Assembly: GCA_965644315.1 (NCBI GenBank)
Contig: CBFFRQ010000090.1
Coordinates: forward strand, 62,297-126,296
Direction of reading: 5' to 3'
Length of the DNA stretch: 64,000 nt
DNA from: Caecitellus pseudoparvulus
Lineage: Eukaryota > Protista > Bigyra: Bicosoecida
The notes below the pieces were generated by a model. The model was not told the origin of the DNA. It searched no databases and saw only the letters and a program-made list of their open reading frames with translations. Shown piece by piece: positions 50,612 through 60,566 of the stretch. The translations under genes were made by a program, and so were the position numbers. Position 1 is the first letter of the stretch. The number at the start of each line of letters is the position of its first letter.

Positions 50612-53600
50612 CTAGTCAGCTGGTGCGGCTGCAGCACCTTCCACCACCCGAACTGCAGCAGATACAAGGCTCCTTGCAAGAATGCCGACGATGGCAGGGT
50701 CACAGGGCTCCCATGCCTTGGAGGTGGGAGTGGCGGGCTGGAAGGGGGTGGGGGCTTGTGGGCCCAGCAGCAACCTGGCCCACTGTGCTTGGGCGCTGCC
50801 CAGGTCCTGCTCTGGCATGGGCTGCTCCCGGGGTCGTTTGGAGCCTCCGGTGGCGGGGAGGCCAGTGCGGGCGCCGGCCTGTCGCAGGAAGCCCCGCGAC
50901 ACGTGCACGGCATGCAGGACAGATGTGGGCGAGAGGCCCTCCAGCACCTGCAAGGCTGCCGCCTCCACTCCCGTTGGCTGTCCGCCACCGAGCGCCAAAA
51001 TGGCACGGTGCGTGGCCCACCACCACTTCAGTGCAATGAAGGACGCCCCGATGACGTCTGGGGCACCTAGCCACGTGCGTTGCCACAACATGAGGGGGAG
51101 TGGGTCGGGGCTTATCGCCGCCGCGGCAGCAGCAGCGCTCTCCGCCTCCCCCGCCTCCCCCGCCCGCACTGCTCTCGCCACTGCCTCGGGCATGGCGGCA
51201 GACACTCCCTGCGCCTGGAAGGCCCCGCCCTCCACTCGTTGCATGGGGGCTTGTATGGAGCAGGCGAGGACCGCCCCGTGTGACAGCCACGCGGCGTCAG
51301 CGGCATCTTCTGAGCTCTGGGCTTGTCTATGCGTGGGCAAGGGCGCGCTGGCTACAACTGCTGCCGCGCGAGGGTGCAGGGACTCCAGCATCCAAGCGCC
51401 CAGGCTAGTGTGCTTGCCTGCTACCGGGCAACCGCCGAGGAGCGTGGGGTGGGGCACGGCGGCGGGGGACTGCAGTGCCTGGGCGGCGGTCTCTTCGTCT
51501 CCGTCGCCCGGCGCCTCCGAACCGTCGTCCACAGCTCCGGACTCAGTCTTGGACGAAGTAGTGGTGGCATCACCGTCCTGAGCTGTGTCTTGCTGAGGCA
51601 AGACCAAAGTCATGGGTGGAGGAGGCGTGGGGCTGGGTCCGGACCCCGCCACAGGCTCGTAGCCCACATCAGCGCCAGTGGAGTAGTTGCCCAGTGCATG
51701 GGCACCCGGAAAGTACAGTGCATGCATGTGCTTGTCCAGGCCAGGCGCCTGGACGGCAGGCAGCGTGGAGTGCATGTACAGCCAGAACAGGGGTGAGGTC
51801 CAGGAGCCAGGGGAAGGCGTCATCCACGCGCCGGGCCGCGGACCTTGCGCCGCCGGCGTACCCAGCGCCACTTCCTCCCCAGGCAGCAGCCTGCCCTGCT
51901 CCCCTGGCCCCGCGCCACCGCACAGGGCCACGAGGTGCCCGAGAGACAGCCGCTCAGCGAGTGTGAACACATGCCCACCATTGCGCAGCTGAGCAGGCTT
52001 GTCCAGGTCACCGCCAGGGAGGAAGGCAGGCTCCACAGCTGCGGGGGACTCTGGGCTGGGACTGGGGTCCTTGACTGGGGAGCCCACAGTGGGCAGGTCA
52101 GGCGGCGTCAAGCGTTCACACAAGACACATGGCGCGCCGACACCTTGCGCGAAACGCCCGGGAGCAGCCTCCGCCAGGTGCCCAGAGGCCAGGGGCTGGG
52201 AGGTGACTGGGCCAGGGAGGCTCCCCGACCAGGCAGACGCCGCCACAGTCTTGGCCCCGGAGCATAGCTGGGAGGACGCCTCCGCCATTGAGGCAAAGAA
52301 GCACCCCAGCACGCCCACCAAGCGGGAGGTCGGATCGTCGGCGTCCTCTGGCGCGTCCTCTGGCAAGCGTGCCGTGTGATGGGAGGGATGTGGAAGCAGG
52401 ATGCGGGGCTGCTGGTGCAGCACGCCACTGCGGGCCAGAGCGCTAGACAGCACGAGGCTCTCCACCCGCAGCGCGTGCACGAGCAGGGGTGGCCGAGGAG
52501 GGAAGCGAGGCAGGAGTGGCGCGAGGGTCTCCCGTGCCAGGGTCGACAACAGCGGAGCAGGCAGGGTCGTAGCGGCGCCGGTGATCACGGCGTGGCACAG
52601 CACGGGCGTGGAGCCGTCACTGCCCCACATGCGGGCGGCCGCATCCCCTCGGGTGCCCCCCTTGCCGCCATCCAGCGCACAGCTGCGCTTTGCGAGCGGG
52701 CGGTCGGCTGTGTGGGGTGCTGGCGGGCTGAGGGGAGCCGCGCTGGCTGGCATGGGGAAGATGAAGGCGGTGATGGGCAGGCGCGGCAGCCCGAGGCGTG
52801 TCTGGCTCCTAACCGAGGGACAGGGCTGCACGGAGCTGACAAGGGCAGGGCCCGGCGTCGCCACGGTTGAGCGCAGGGCCACCAGCAGGCGCGAAAGGGT
52901 GGACACCGGCTCGGAAGACCGCCCACACAAGTGGAAGTCCCTGCTGCCAAGGCGCACGCTCACAGTGCAAGCAGTGATGGCGGACAGCACCTGCATGGCC
53001 ACGTTGGGTTCGGGCACAGGGTGTGGGGGTGCTGAGCTGTCAGGGACATGCCCGGGGCGCTGTTGAGCAAGACGGGGGGGTGAGGCGTCTGACATGGTGG
53101 CTAGTCCTGCTGTCAGGTGCACTGTGGACTCATCTGGCGTGCTGCTAGGACCGAGATTCGTGGCAGGGGGGGACAGCGGTTCGCGGGGCGACAAGGAGGG
53201 CGGAATACGCGCGTGGTACAGACACAGCCCCAGCGCCAGCAGTCGAGCGGGGAGAGCAGAGGAAGCCAGCGCTGTCGGCAGGAAGGCGGGCCCGGGGAAG
53301 GCTGCTTTTGACAGCCACTCCCACGCATGACGCGGGGAGATGCCACCTGGAGAGGGCGGACCTGGGCCCAGCAGCGGCGGCCAGACAGCACCGCCTTGCT
53401 GTGTGGGGCCAGCATACTTCGAGGTGGTGTGCAGCGGCCCAAGGGACGACGTTGGCACCGCGCTGGCTGGGCCTAGCACGGCTGGCGCCGCAGGCCGAGC
53501 AGCCCCGGCAGTGGCCAGCGGCTGTGGCACCGCCAGGGGGCACTGCAGCGCCCGTGCTGAAGCGACGGTGGCCGCCCATGTGCTGGAGAGGCGCAGCGAG

Positions 53601-56101
53601 CGGGAGACGGTGTCCAGGTGCTCCAGCATGCTGGTTTCCGGCACGACGTGCTTGTGCACTGCCCTGAGCAGGGCAGCGCCAGCCTCTGCCAAGGACTGGC
53701 TTGGGCGTCCCACGGAGCCCGAGTCGAACAAGCCGTCCATGATGGCAGGGACGTGGGCCAGCGGCAGGGTGCGGTGCATGTGCATGTGGGTGAAAGGCGT
53801 GGCATAGGCAGCACGGGTGCCCAGTGGGCCCAAGGGCGGCATCAACGGCATGATGCCGCGCCGTGGGCCCAGGCGCTGCAGTTCAGAGCGCCACGGCTCG
53901 CCCGGCTGCAGCCACTTGTGCTGCTCACGGGCCAGGGCTGGGCCTGTGCCATCCTTCTCCACCGGGTGGGGAGGTTGGCGCGGCAGGGGTGTGAGGGCCC
54001 GCTCCATGAGGGGAGTGTACCGTGGTGTGACAGACAGACTGGGCATCCAGGCCGGGGGAAGAGGACACCCTAGTGCAGTGGGCGACGCCACCGTGAGTGT
54101 CGGGCCAGCGCCCGCCAGGCTCCGCAGCGCAGCGCCGAGAGGGGAGTCCTGCAAGGCACTCACTGGGTGCAGGGGCTGCGCGGCCGAGCCAGACTCAGAC
54201 AAGCCCGCAGTGGCCGCAGCAGGCACGAGGCAGGGCCACGGCCTGTCCACTGCTGCGGTGGGTGTGAGGCCACGAAGGAGCCCCTCCAGCAGAATCAAGG
54301 GCGTGGGCCGCGCGATGGTGAGGGTGGCGCGCTTGCCGCCCAGTCTCGCAGACTGCAGTGTGTGGGTGAAGGCGTCGATGTCCCACGCCGCCGTGCCGCC
54401 ACCCCACACCCGAGAGCCGTCGACTGCCACGCCCAAGACCAGGTCGTGGGGGCGCAGCAGGCCCTCTCGCCCAGCCGGGCTGCCAGCCTGCACTGCCACG
54501 ATGCGCACGCCTGCCTGGCAGCGCAGAGAGCTGCCGTCCTGTGCAGCAGGCTGCGGCCCCTGCACGGACGGGGTCGCATATGGGGAGCCCAGCGGCAGCC
54601 CCACCACCTCTGGCACATCAGCGGCGGTGAGGATGCCAGTCTTGGAGCGCGGCAGTGAGGCGCTGTCGCGAGAAGCTGTGCCGTCTGAGTCGCTCCCCTC
54701 GTCGCCCGTGGGCGTGTCTGCCCTGCCACGAGCGAGCTGGGCGTCCCACTGCAGCTCTTGGGCGGACACGCCCACTGCCAAGGCATTGTCTGCGTCCCCC
54801 AGGCGGAAGGCAGCAGAGAGGGAATAGAACACGTCAGAGCGACTGACGGGAGCAATACCTTTGTCCAGCTGTTCGATTTCCAAGCCTGCCACAGCAGAGG
54901 CCAAGGCATGGGGCCGCGGCGCGTTCAGCGCGGCATAGCCTTCAGCCGCTGCCGCTGCTGCAGTTCGCGGTGACGCCTCGGCCGGCGGCCTGTGCTGGTG
55001 GTGCGCCCACAGCGTGTCATGGGGTGGCGGTTCCTGCTGCCGTCTGCGTCTGCGCCTGGCGGTCTCCCACCGTGCCTGGGCTGAGGCCAGCCAAGACGGC
55101 CGGCGGGGAGGCACCTTGCGCAGGCATCGGACGGGCGCCGACCCAGGCGCCAGCTGCAAGCCGTACACAGTCTGCGGGGCGAAGGCGGCTTGCGCTGCCT
55201 GCACTGCCTGTGAAGAGGGGGTGCCGTGCCGCCACTGCCCTGCGCCTGCAGCATCGTGGGGGGGGGCTGGCAGCGCCGGCAGCGACACCGTCAGCAAGTC
55301 GTGTGGGACGCTCTGCCCAGCCCAATGGGGCACTGTGTCGGGGTCTCGGCCAGCAACATCCGCCGGAACGAGGCGTGCAGGGGGTGACGTGCCCTGCTCT
55401 GCACTGGAGGCCGCCGGCGTCGGTGGCCGTGTCTGGTTGCAAGCGGCGTGATCAGCGGCCAGCGGCCCCAGCACATTTGCCTCCAACGCAGCGATGCTTG
55501 TGAGCAGCTCCGAGCTGCGTTCCAGGGCGATGGAGGCACGGCGCTCTCGCCTGAGCAACGCAGCTGCCACCAGTGACCGCAGAGATGCCGTATCTGTGCC
55601 AGTCAAGTGGTCGTGGGCGGCCTGCGAGCAAAAGGCGTGTTGTGATGTGCGGAAGTGCTGGTGGTGGAAACCCGGGCTGGCGTGCCCTGGAAAAAAGGAG
55701 GAGCACACAAGCAGCAGCAGAAAGCAGGACAAGACCCCCAGGTTGCGAGTGGGCAAGGTATTTTCCCCGTTTAACGCAAGGCTGCAGCTGGGAAGCATTT
55801 GCATGCGTGCGGAATTGGCACGCACCATCGCCAGGTCCCGAATGAAAGGTGCATCGCAGTCCACAGTGTCCAGCCACCTGGAAACCTCCTCCAAGTCCAA
55901 AGCGAGGACCTCGGACAGGGTCACCAGCAGCGCGTGCAGCGCAGACCCGTGGTCTGCTCGTGTGGAAGGGCTGCTGTGCACGGCAGCTTTGACCTCGCTT
56001 CCACTCGCCAATCGGCCGAGTGCCCCTGGCGCCTTGGCAGTGCACGCAGCGACATGCTGCAGCATCGCATGCAGGCGGGGGGAGCTTGCTGGCAACGCCA
56101 T
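50612..56101 (-). CDS. Very large Pro/Ala-rich protein with one PDZ-like domain, function unknown (5' introns likely)
   Basis: 1858-aa ORF with first plausible ATG 56101. PDZ-like GVRIVAVQAGSPAGREGLLRPHDLVLGV...ATLTIAR at ~54515-54310. Confidence 0.6.
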   Translation of the reverse strand: MALPASSPRLHAMLQHVAACTAKAPGALGRLASGSEVKAAVHSSPSTRADHGSALHALLVTLSEVLALDLEEVSRWLDTVDCDAPFIRDLAMVRANSARMQMLPSCSLALNGENTLPTRNLGVLSCFLLLLVCSSFFPGHASPGFHHQHFRTSQHAFCSQAAHDHLTGTDTASLRSLVAAALLRRERRASIALERSSELLTSIAALEANVLGPLAADHAACNQTRPPTPAASSAEQGTSPPARLVPADVAGRDPDTVPHWAGQSVPHDLLTVSLPALPAPPHDAAGAGQWRHGTPSSQAVQAAQAAFAPQTVYGLQLAPGSAPVRCLRKVPPRRPSWLASAQARWETARRRRRRQQEPPPHDTLWAHHQHRPPAEASPRTAAAAAAEGYAALNAPRPHALASAVAGLEIEQLDKGIAPVSRSDVFYSLSAAFRLGDADNALAVGVSAQELQWDAQLARGRADTPTGDEGSDSDGTASRDSASLPRSKTGILTAADVPEVVGLPLGSPYATPSVQGPQPAAQDGSSLRCQAGVRIVAVQAGSPAGREGLLRPHDLVLGVAVDGSRVWGGGTAAWDIDAFTHTLQSARLGGKRATLTIARPTPLILLEGLLRGLTPTAAVDRPWPCLVPAAATAGLSESGSAAQPLHPVSALQDSPLGAALRSLAGAGPTLTVASPTALGCPLPPAWMPSLSVTPRYTPLMERALTPLPRQPPHPVEKDGTGPALAREQHKWLQPGEPWRSELQRLGPRRGIMPLMPPLGPLGTRAAYATPFTHMHMHRTLPLAHVPAIMDGLFDSGSVGRPSQSLAEAGAALLRAVHKHVVPETSMLEHLDTVSRSLRLSSTWAATVASARALQCPLAVPQPLATAGAARPAAPAVLGPASAVPTSSLGPLHTTSKYAGPTQQGGAVWPPLLGPGPPSPGGISPRHAWEWLSKAAFPGPAFLPTALASSALPARLLALGLCLYHARIPPSLSPREPLSPPATNLGPSSTPDESTVHLTAGLATMSDASPPRLAQQRPGHVPDSSAPPHPVPEPNVAMQVLSAITACTVSVRLGSRDFHLCGRSSEPVSTLSRLLVALRSTVATPGPALVSSVQPCPSVRSQTRLGLPRLPITAFIFPMPASAAPLSPPAPHTADRPLAKRSCALDGGKGGTRGDAAARMWGSDGSTPVLCHAVITGAATTLPAPLLSTLARETLAPLLPRFPPRPPLLVHALRVESLVLSSALARSGVLHQQPRILLPHPSHHTARLPEDAPEDADDPTSRLVGVLGCFFASMAEASSQLCSGAKTVAASAWSGSLPGPVTSQPLASGHLAEAAPGRFAQGVGAPCVLCERLTPPDLPTVGSPVKDPSPSPESPAAVEPAFLPGGDLDKPAQLRNGGHVFTLAERLSLGHLVALCGGAGPGEQGRLLPGEEVALGTPAAQGPRPGAWMTPSPGSWTSPLFWLYMHSTLPAVQAPGLDKHMHALYFPGAHALGNYSTGADVGYEPVAGSGPSPTPPPPMTLVLPQQDTAQDGDATTTSSKTESGAVDDGSEAPGDGDEETAAQALQSPAAVPHPTLLGGCPVAGKHTSLGAWMLESLHPRAAAVVASAPLPTHRQAQSSEDAADAAWLSHGAVLACSIQAPMQRVEGGAFQAQGVSAAMPEAVARAVRAGEAGEAESAAAAAAAISPDPLPLMLWQRTWLGAPDVIGASFIALKWWWATHRAILALGGGQPTGVEAAALQVLEGLSPTSVLHAVHVSRGFLRQAGARTGLPATGGSKRPREQPMPEQDLGSAQAQWARLLLGPQAPTPFQPATPTSKAWEPCDPAIVGILARSLVSAAVRVVEGAAAAPAD

Positions 56102-56398
56102 GACAGTGCACGGCCCACGGCGCGTCGCGTCGTTCCGGCAGCAGGGCGTGTAGGTTGAGTGGGCGGGCACTGCGGCGGCGGGGTTCACGCCAGCCGCAGC
56201 CGACTGCGGTGGTGTTCACTGTTGTGCCTCAGGCAGCACGCCGGGCTCTGGGCAGCACAAGGGGCGTGCCCAGACCCCGTGACAGCACCCGTCACTGGCT
56301 CCAGGCTCGGTGAGCATTGTGAATTGTCCCTGCTCGTCGCTCTGGCGTGCAGAGCAAGTGTCCATGGCGCCTGCACCGCTGCCTGCCCTGCCGGCTCC

Positions 56399-58922
56399 TC
56401 AGGCCAAGTAGTTGTACAGGCCTCGCTCCTCATCGTCGCGTTCCAAGTACTCCCTGTCAATGAGGTTCTCGATGCGCTTCTTGATGTCCACAGGCTTGGG
56501 CACGAAGCGGGAGCGCAGGGCGTGCGTCACCTCGGCGATCAAGTCCGTGTGCTTCAGGGACTGGCGAGTCTTCATGATGCGCACGATGCAGGCATCCAGC
56601 ATGTGCTTGCGGTCTTCCAGCACAGCCTTGGGGATGCCGGTCCCCACTGCGTCGGCGGCCCCCCCCACCCCCTTGGCAGCGATGGTGGGCACCACGACGC
56701 GGCGCATCTTGTGCTTGAACTTGTCGTTCACCTTGAACTTGTCGGACTCGGCGATGTTCGTGCCCTTCTTGCTCTTGAGCAGCACGCGGGCCTTGGACGT
56801 GGTGAGGGACAGCACGTGCCGCAGCGCTTCGAAGCGGGGGATGCCGGTGTTGGCGAGGATGGTGCCAAACGTCAACTCCGCAGATTCGTTGAACTGCATG
56901 AGGATGCACATCATGTACGTCGTCACCACCAAGTCGTGGGGCCTGCTGCCTGCCATCATGCGCACTTCTGCCGTGCCCTTCTCTGTGACCCAGGTCAGGC
57001 GGCGCGCGCCAAAGCGAGAGCCGTAGAAGGCCTGAAAGTGCTCCGCCGCAGGCTCCACGCTGGACGGCAGGCGGCACGGGGGGTACTGAGGGCGCTGCCA
57101 GTGCCCCACAGTGAGCACAGTGGGCGCCAGCAGCACCAGTCCCTCTGGGCGGCCCTGTGCAAAGTACAGGTCCACGAGGTCCTTGCTCTGCTGCAGGTCT
57201 TGGAACATGCCTTCCAGCTTGGCTGCGTACTGGTTCCCGCACTCGATCTTCAGCTTGGCGATCATGCTGCGCTCGCTGTCGTCAGACAGGGAGCGGCCGG
57301 CGAGCAGGCGCTTGGACAGGTGTGTGCGGTAGATGTTCAGGAAGATGTCCTTATCCACCAGGTACCGGAAGAGCGTGATGACCTTGTCCAGGGTCTTGTC
57401 AATGTCAGCTTCCACCCACCCCTTGAAGCCCCGCTTGAACATCTCGTCCAGGTAGGAGGAGAGGAAGGTCGCGCAGCGTGTGTCCATGTTCACGAAGTGT
57501 TCGAAGGCCTCCTTCAGCGCCTTGAAGAAGAAGCGGTGCCCCTGGAAGGCAGTGCGCACGATGCGGCTGTACTTGTCGCGCATGGTGAGCAGAGTCTCGA
57601 CGAAGGCCACTGGGTCCTTGGACTGCTCCTGGTCTGTCACGAGGCGGGAGCCTTCCGCGACCACGTGTGCCTTCAGGGTCTCGCACAGCACCTCCTGCAG
57701 GGTGAAGTGTGTGAAACGGCTGCCGTTGGGGTTTTCCCAAGCCCGCTTCTCCCCCACCCGGGAAAACAGCGTGTACATCCTGCCCAAGTCCTGGTCCGCG
57801 TCATTCTGCAGCATGTACCGCACGCCACTGTCTGCCTCCACCAGCTCCAGTCCGTGGTCGAACAGGAGGCGAGAGCAGACAAGCTTCAACAGCTTCGGGC
57901 GCGTGGAGTGCCACAAGTAGTCGTCCAAGCGCCGCTGCTCCTGGGCAAGGCGCCGCTGGGCGTACTCCAGGTACGCCGCCACCGGCACCTCAGCCATGTA
58001 CCGGGCTGCCTCCTCCTGGTAGAAAGCCTCGCTGTCCCTCAGGAAGGCGCGCTCGAACTCGTTTTCGTACACGACGTGCCCGTTCACGCCCAGCTCCACC
58101 AGCATGCGCACAGCTGAACGCATGAGGGACACATCCACCGCTTCGCCACCACGCTCTGCAGCAACCTCAGCGAGCAGAGTCTCCCGTGTGCGCTGGCCGA
58201 TGTCCGAAGCACGCAGGACAGTCTGCAGGAACTGCTTCCTGCCCATGCTCAGCACTGTCGGCAGCTTCTTTTGCGCCACATACGTGCGGTTCTGAGGGCA
58301 GGGGGCGGTGGCAGGCGTGTCGTGCGGAAATCGGCGTCAGCACCACGCCAGCAGAGGAACCGCTGGCGGACAGGCGCCTTCGAGGCACTGACCATGTACA
58401 TGAGGATGTCGCTGATCATGCGCATGGTGCGGTTATGCTGCTCCCACTTTTCAGTCAGCACTCGGAGGAGAGTTCGGTCTTGGTGCCCTTTGACATCCTC
58501 AGCGACCGTCTTCAGGTGTGCAGCCACGCGGGCCTGCACCCCGTCATACAGCATGGAGCCATGCTTCTGAAGGACAAGGTTGTATCCGAACCTGCAGGTG
58601 GCGCGGGGCGAGCGCAGCAGTGCCCCCAGTGCGGCTGCGGAACCGGAGTGGGCAGCGTTTCACCACGCCACTGCTGCTGCGCGGGCGACGCACCTGTACA
58701 GCTCCTCGAAAGAAAGCTTGCTTTGGTTTCCGCTGTGGATGTGGTCAATGGCCTGCTTCAAGCGCTCCCACATGTCCTTGATCTTGTCGGCATTGCCGCT
58801 GCCGGTCTGTGCATGGCAGTCGGCGCCGTGCGAGGCGTGTGCGCGGCGGCAACGCGCTCGCTCGAGCGGGGAGTCCGCACCGACTTGAACGGCTTCAGTG
58901 TGAACTTCTTCAGCTGGGGCAT
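56399..58922 (-). CDS. CUL3: Cullin-3-like scaffold; introns 58880-58807, 58693-58592, 58392-58292
   Basis: Spliced N-terminus MPQLKKFTLKPFK..LSFEELYRFGYNLVLQKHG..DILMYMNRTYV, cullin domain (DKDIF..Y..HLSKRLL, KLEGMFQD), neddylation motif IVRIMKTR and terminal YNYLA. Confidence 0.9.
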
Positions 58923-59212
58923 GTCTGGTGCTCGTTGAGGCAGGCGGTGAGGAACAACTCAAGGGCACCAAGGCCAGCGTTCAGCTGGCTCGGCAGAGGC
59001 AGTGCCCCGCAGCAGCTCAAACGTGTCGCACAAGCAGCGTGTGACACTGGCCAAGCTTGCACAGGCAGGGCAACGCTGGCACAAGCACAACCACAGGGGC
59101 CCGATAAGACTGCGGTGAGCTGAGGGATCGGCATGAAGTGGATTTGTCCGGGCAGCAACTCTGCCTCTGCTGCAGGTGAGGCTGCGTTGCAACGCAGAAG
59201 GTGGTGGGTGCG

Positions 59213-60328
59213 TCAAACTGCAAACAGGACCAGACTGACCGCCATGACGAGCATGCCAGCCCCTAGAGCTGGGATGGCAATGCGCTCGTCCTGGTCATAT
59301 TTCAGCGCAGTGGGCAGCAGCTCACTGACGCAGATCCACACCATCATGCCGCCAACGATGCCGAACAGCACCACGTACGCAACGGGTGAGAAGGCTGTGC
59401 TCAAGACGAGGTACCCCAGCAGCGCGCCAATGGGCTCGAAGAGGCCTGACAGCAGGGACCACACGAAAGCCTTCCACCGACTGCCCGTCGCGTAGTACAC
59501 GGGGATCGCCACTGCGCAGCCCTCTGGGATGTTGTGGATGGCGATGGCGACAGCGAGCGCCGCGCCGACTGTCGGGTCGGCCAAGGCAGCCACGAAGGTT
59601 GCTAGGCCCTCGGGGAAGTTGTGCAGGCCGATGGCTAGGGCCGTGACGAGGCCAGTGCGCATGAGGTCTTGCTGGCGCCGTGGGGCTTGGCCGGCACCCA
59701 CCTCTTGGCTGGCTTCCGCGACACTTGCAGTGTCCGAGGCAGAGTCTGGTTGCAGCGAGGCCAGCTCGACATGCACACTCCCCGGCGATTCCTGGGAGCC
59801 ACACGAGTGCTCCTCTGCTGAGGCGTGGCTGGGGGGCAGACCCACCTCCACATCCTCCGCGCAGGGTGCCGCCTGCTCGGCAGCAGGTTGGCCCAGGGCA
59901 ACGCCTTCAGCACCTTGGGCCTCGGCAGCTTCCAGTTTTCTTACGTCATCAGGGATGGAGCGTTCAGCCTTGTGCATGGCGCCCGTGGACGCTGCATCAA
60001 GCCAGTGCACCGCCGCATCCAAGCACACGGTGAGCAAGATTCCTCCGAAGAAGCAACCTGTCGCTGCCGCATGCGCAGAGCCTTCCACGAGTCCAGCATC
60101 CAAGAATGCATCCTGTGCCTTGCTCAAGATCTCCTGGAAGGACACGAACAGCATGACTCCAGCCGAAAAGCCAAGAGCAGCTGCCAGCGTGCTGGGACGG
60201 GCAATAGTGACCAGGTCGCCGGGCCAGAAAACGACAGCCGCGCCGAGAACAGTGGAGAGGCCAGCCGCAGCAGTCATGGCGAAGGCAATGCCCACAGCCT
60301 GGGGATCGTCCAGGCTTGAACCCCCCAT
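59213..60328 (-). CDS. ZIP-family (ZupT/GufA-like) divalent metal transporter
   Basis: AGVMLFVSF, ALAIGLHNFPEGLATF, AIAIHNIPEG, EPIGA and GGMMVWICVSELLP; 8 TM segments. Confidence 0.93.
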   Translation of the reverse strand: MGGSSLDDPQAVGIAFAMTAAAGLSTVLGAAVVFWPGDLVTIARPSTLAAALGFSAGVMLFVSFQEILSKAQDAFLDAGLVEGSAHAAATGCFFGGILLTVCLDAAVHWLDAASTGAMHKAERSIPDDVRKLEAAEAQGAEGVALGQPAAEQAAPCAEDVEVGLPPSHASAEEHSCGSQESPGSVHVELASLQPDSASDTASVAEASQEVGAGQAPRRQQDLMRTGLVTALAIGLHNFPEGLATFVAALADPTVGAALAVAIAIHNIPEGCAVAIPVYYATGSRWKAFVWSLLSGLFEPIGALLGYLVLSTAFSPVAYVVLFGIVGGMMVWICVSELLPTALKYDQDERIAIPALGAGMLVMAVSLVLFAV

Positions 60329-60566
60329 GGCTCACACAGAGGGGCGGGACTTTTGCCCGAAGCGTTTCGTTCGAAACTCTTGGCTCTGAGGCGCTTTCTG
60401 CTGTGCCGCCTGAAAACGGCAGAGTGACGGTCAACCGGGCCAAACGCTTGATATGTGAGGAGTTGGTGCAGGCTTTCCGCTCAACAGGAGCGAGGCTGCA
60501 GCTTCAATTGTGTTGGCGTGTGAATTGAAGCGGGCGGGGTGTGCTGACCGCCGCCACTTCCACGTT

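Noticed and set aside
56159-58117. 652-aa + strand ORF (similarly 41661-42917 minus and 34226-35869 plus)
   Set aside because: Antisense to cullin, AKR and the kinase respectively; a codon-bias artefact.
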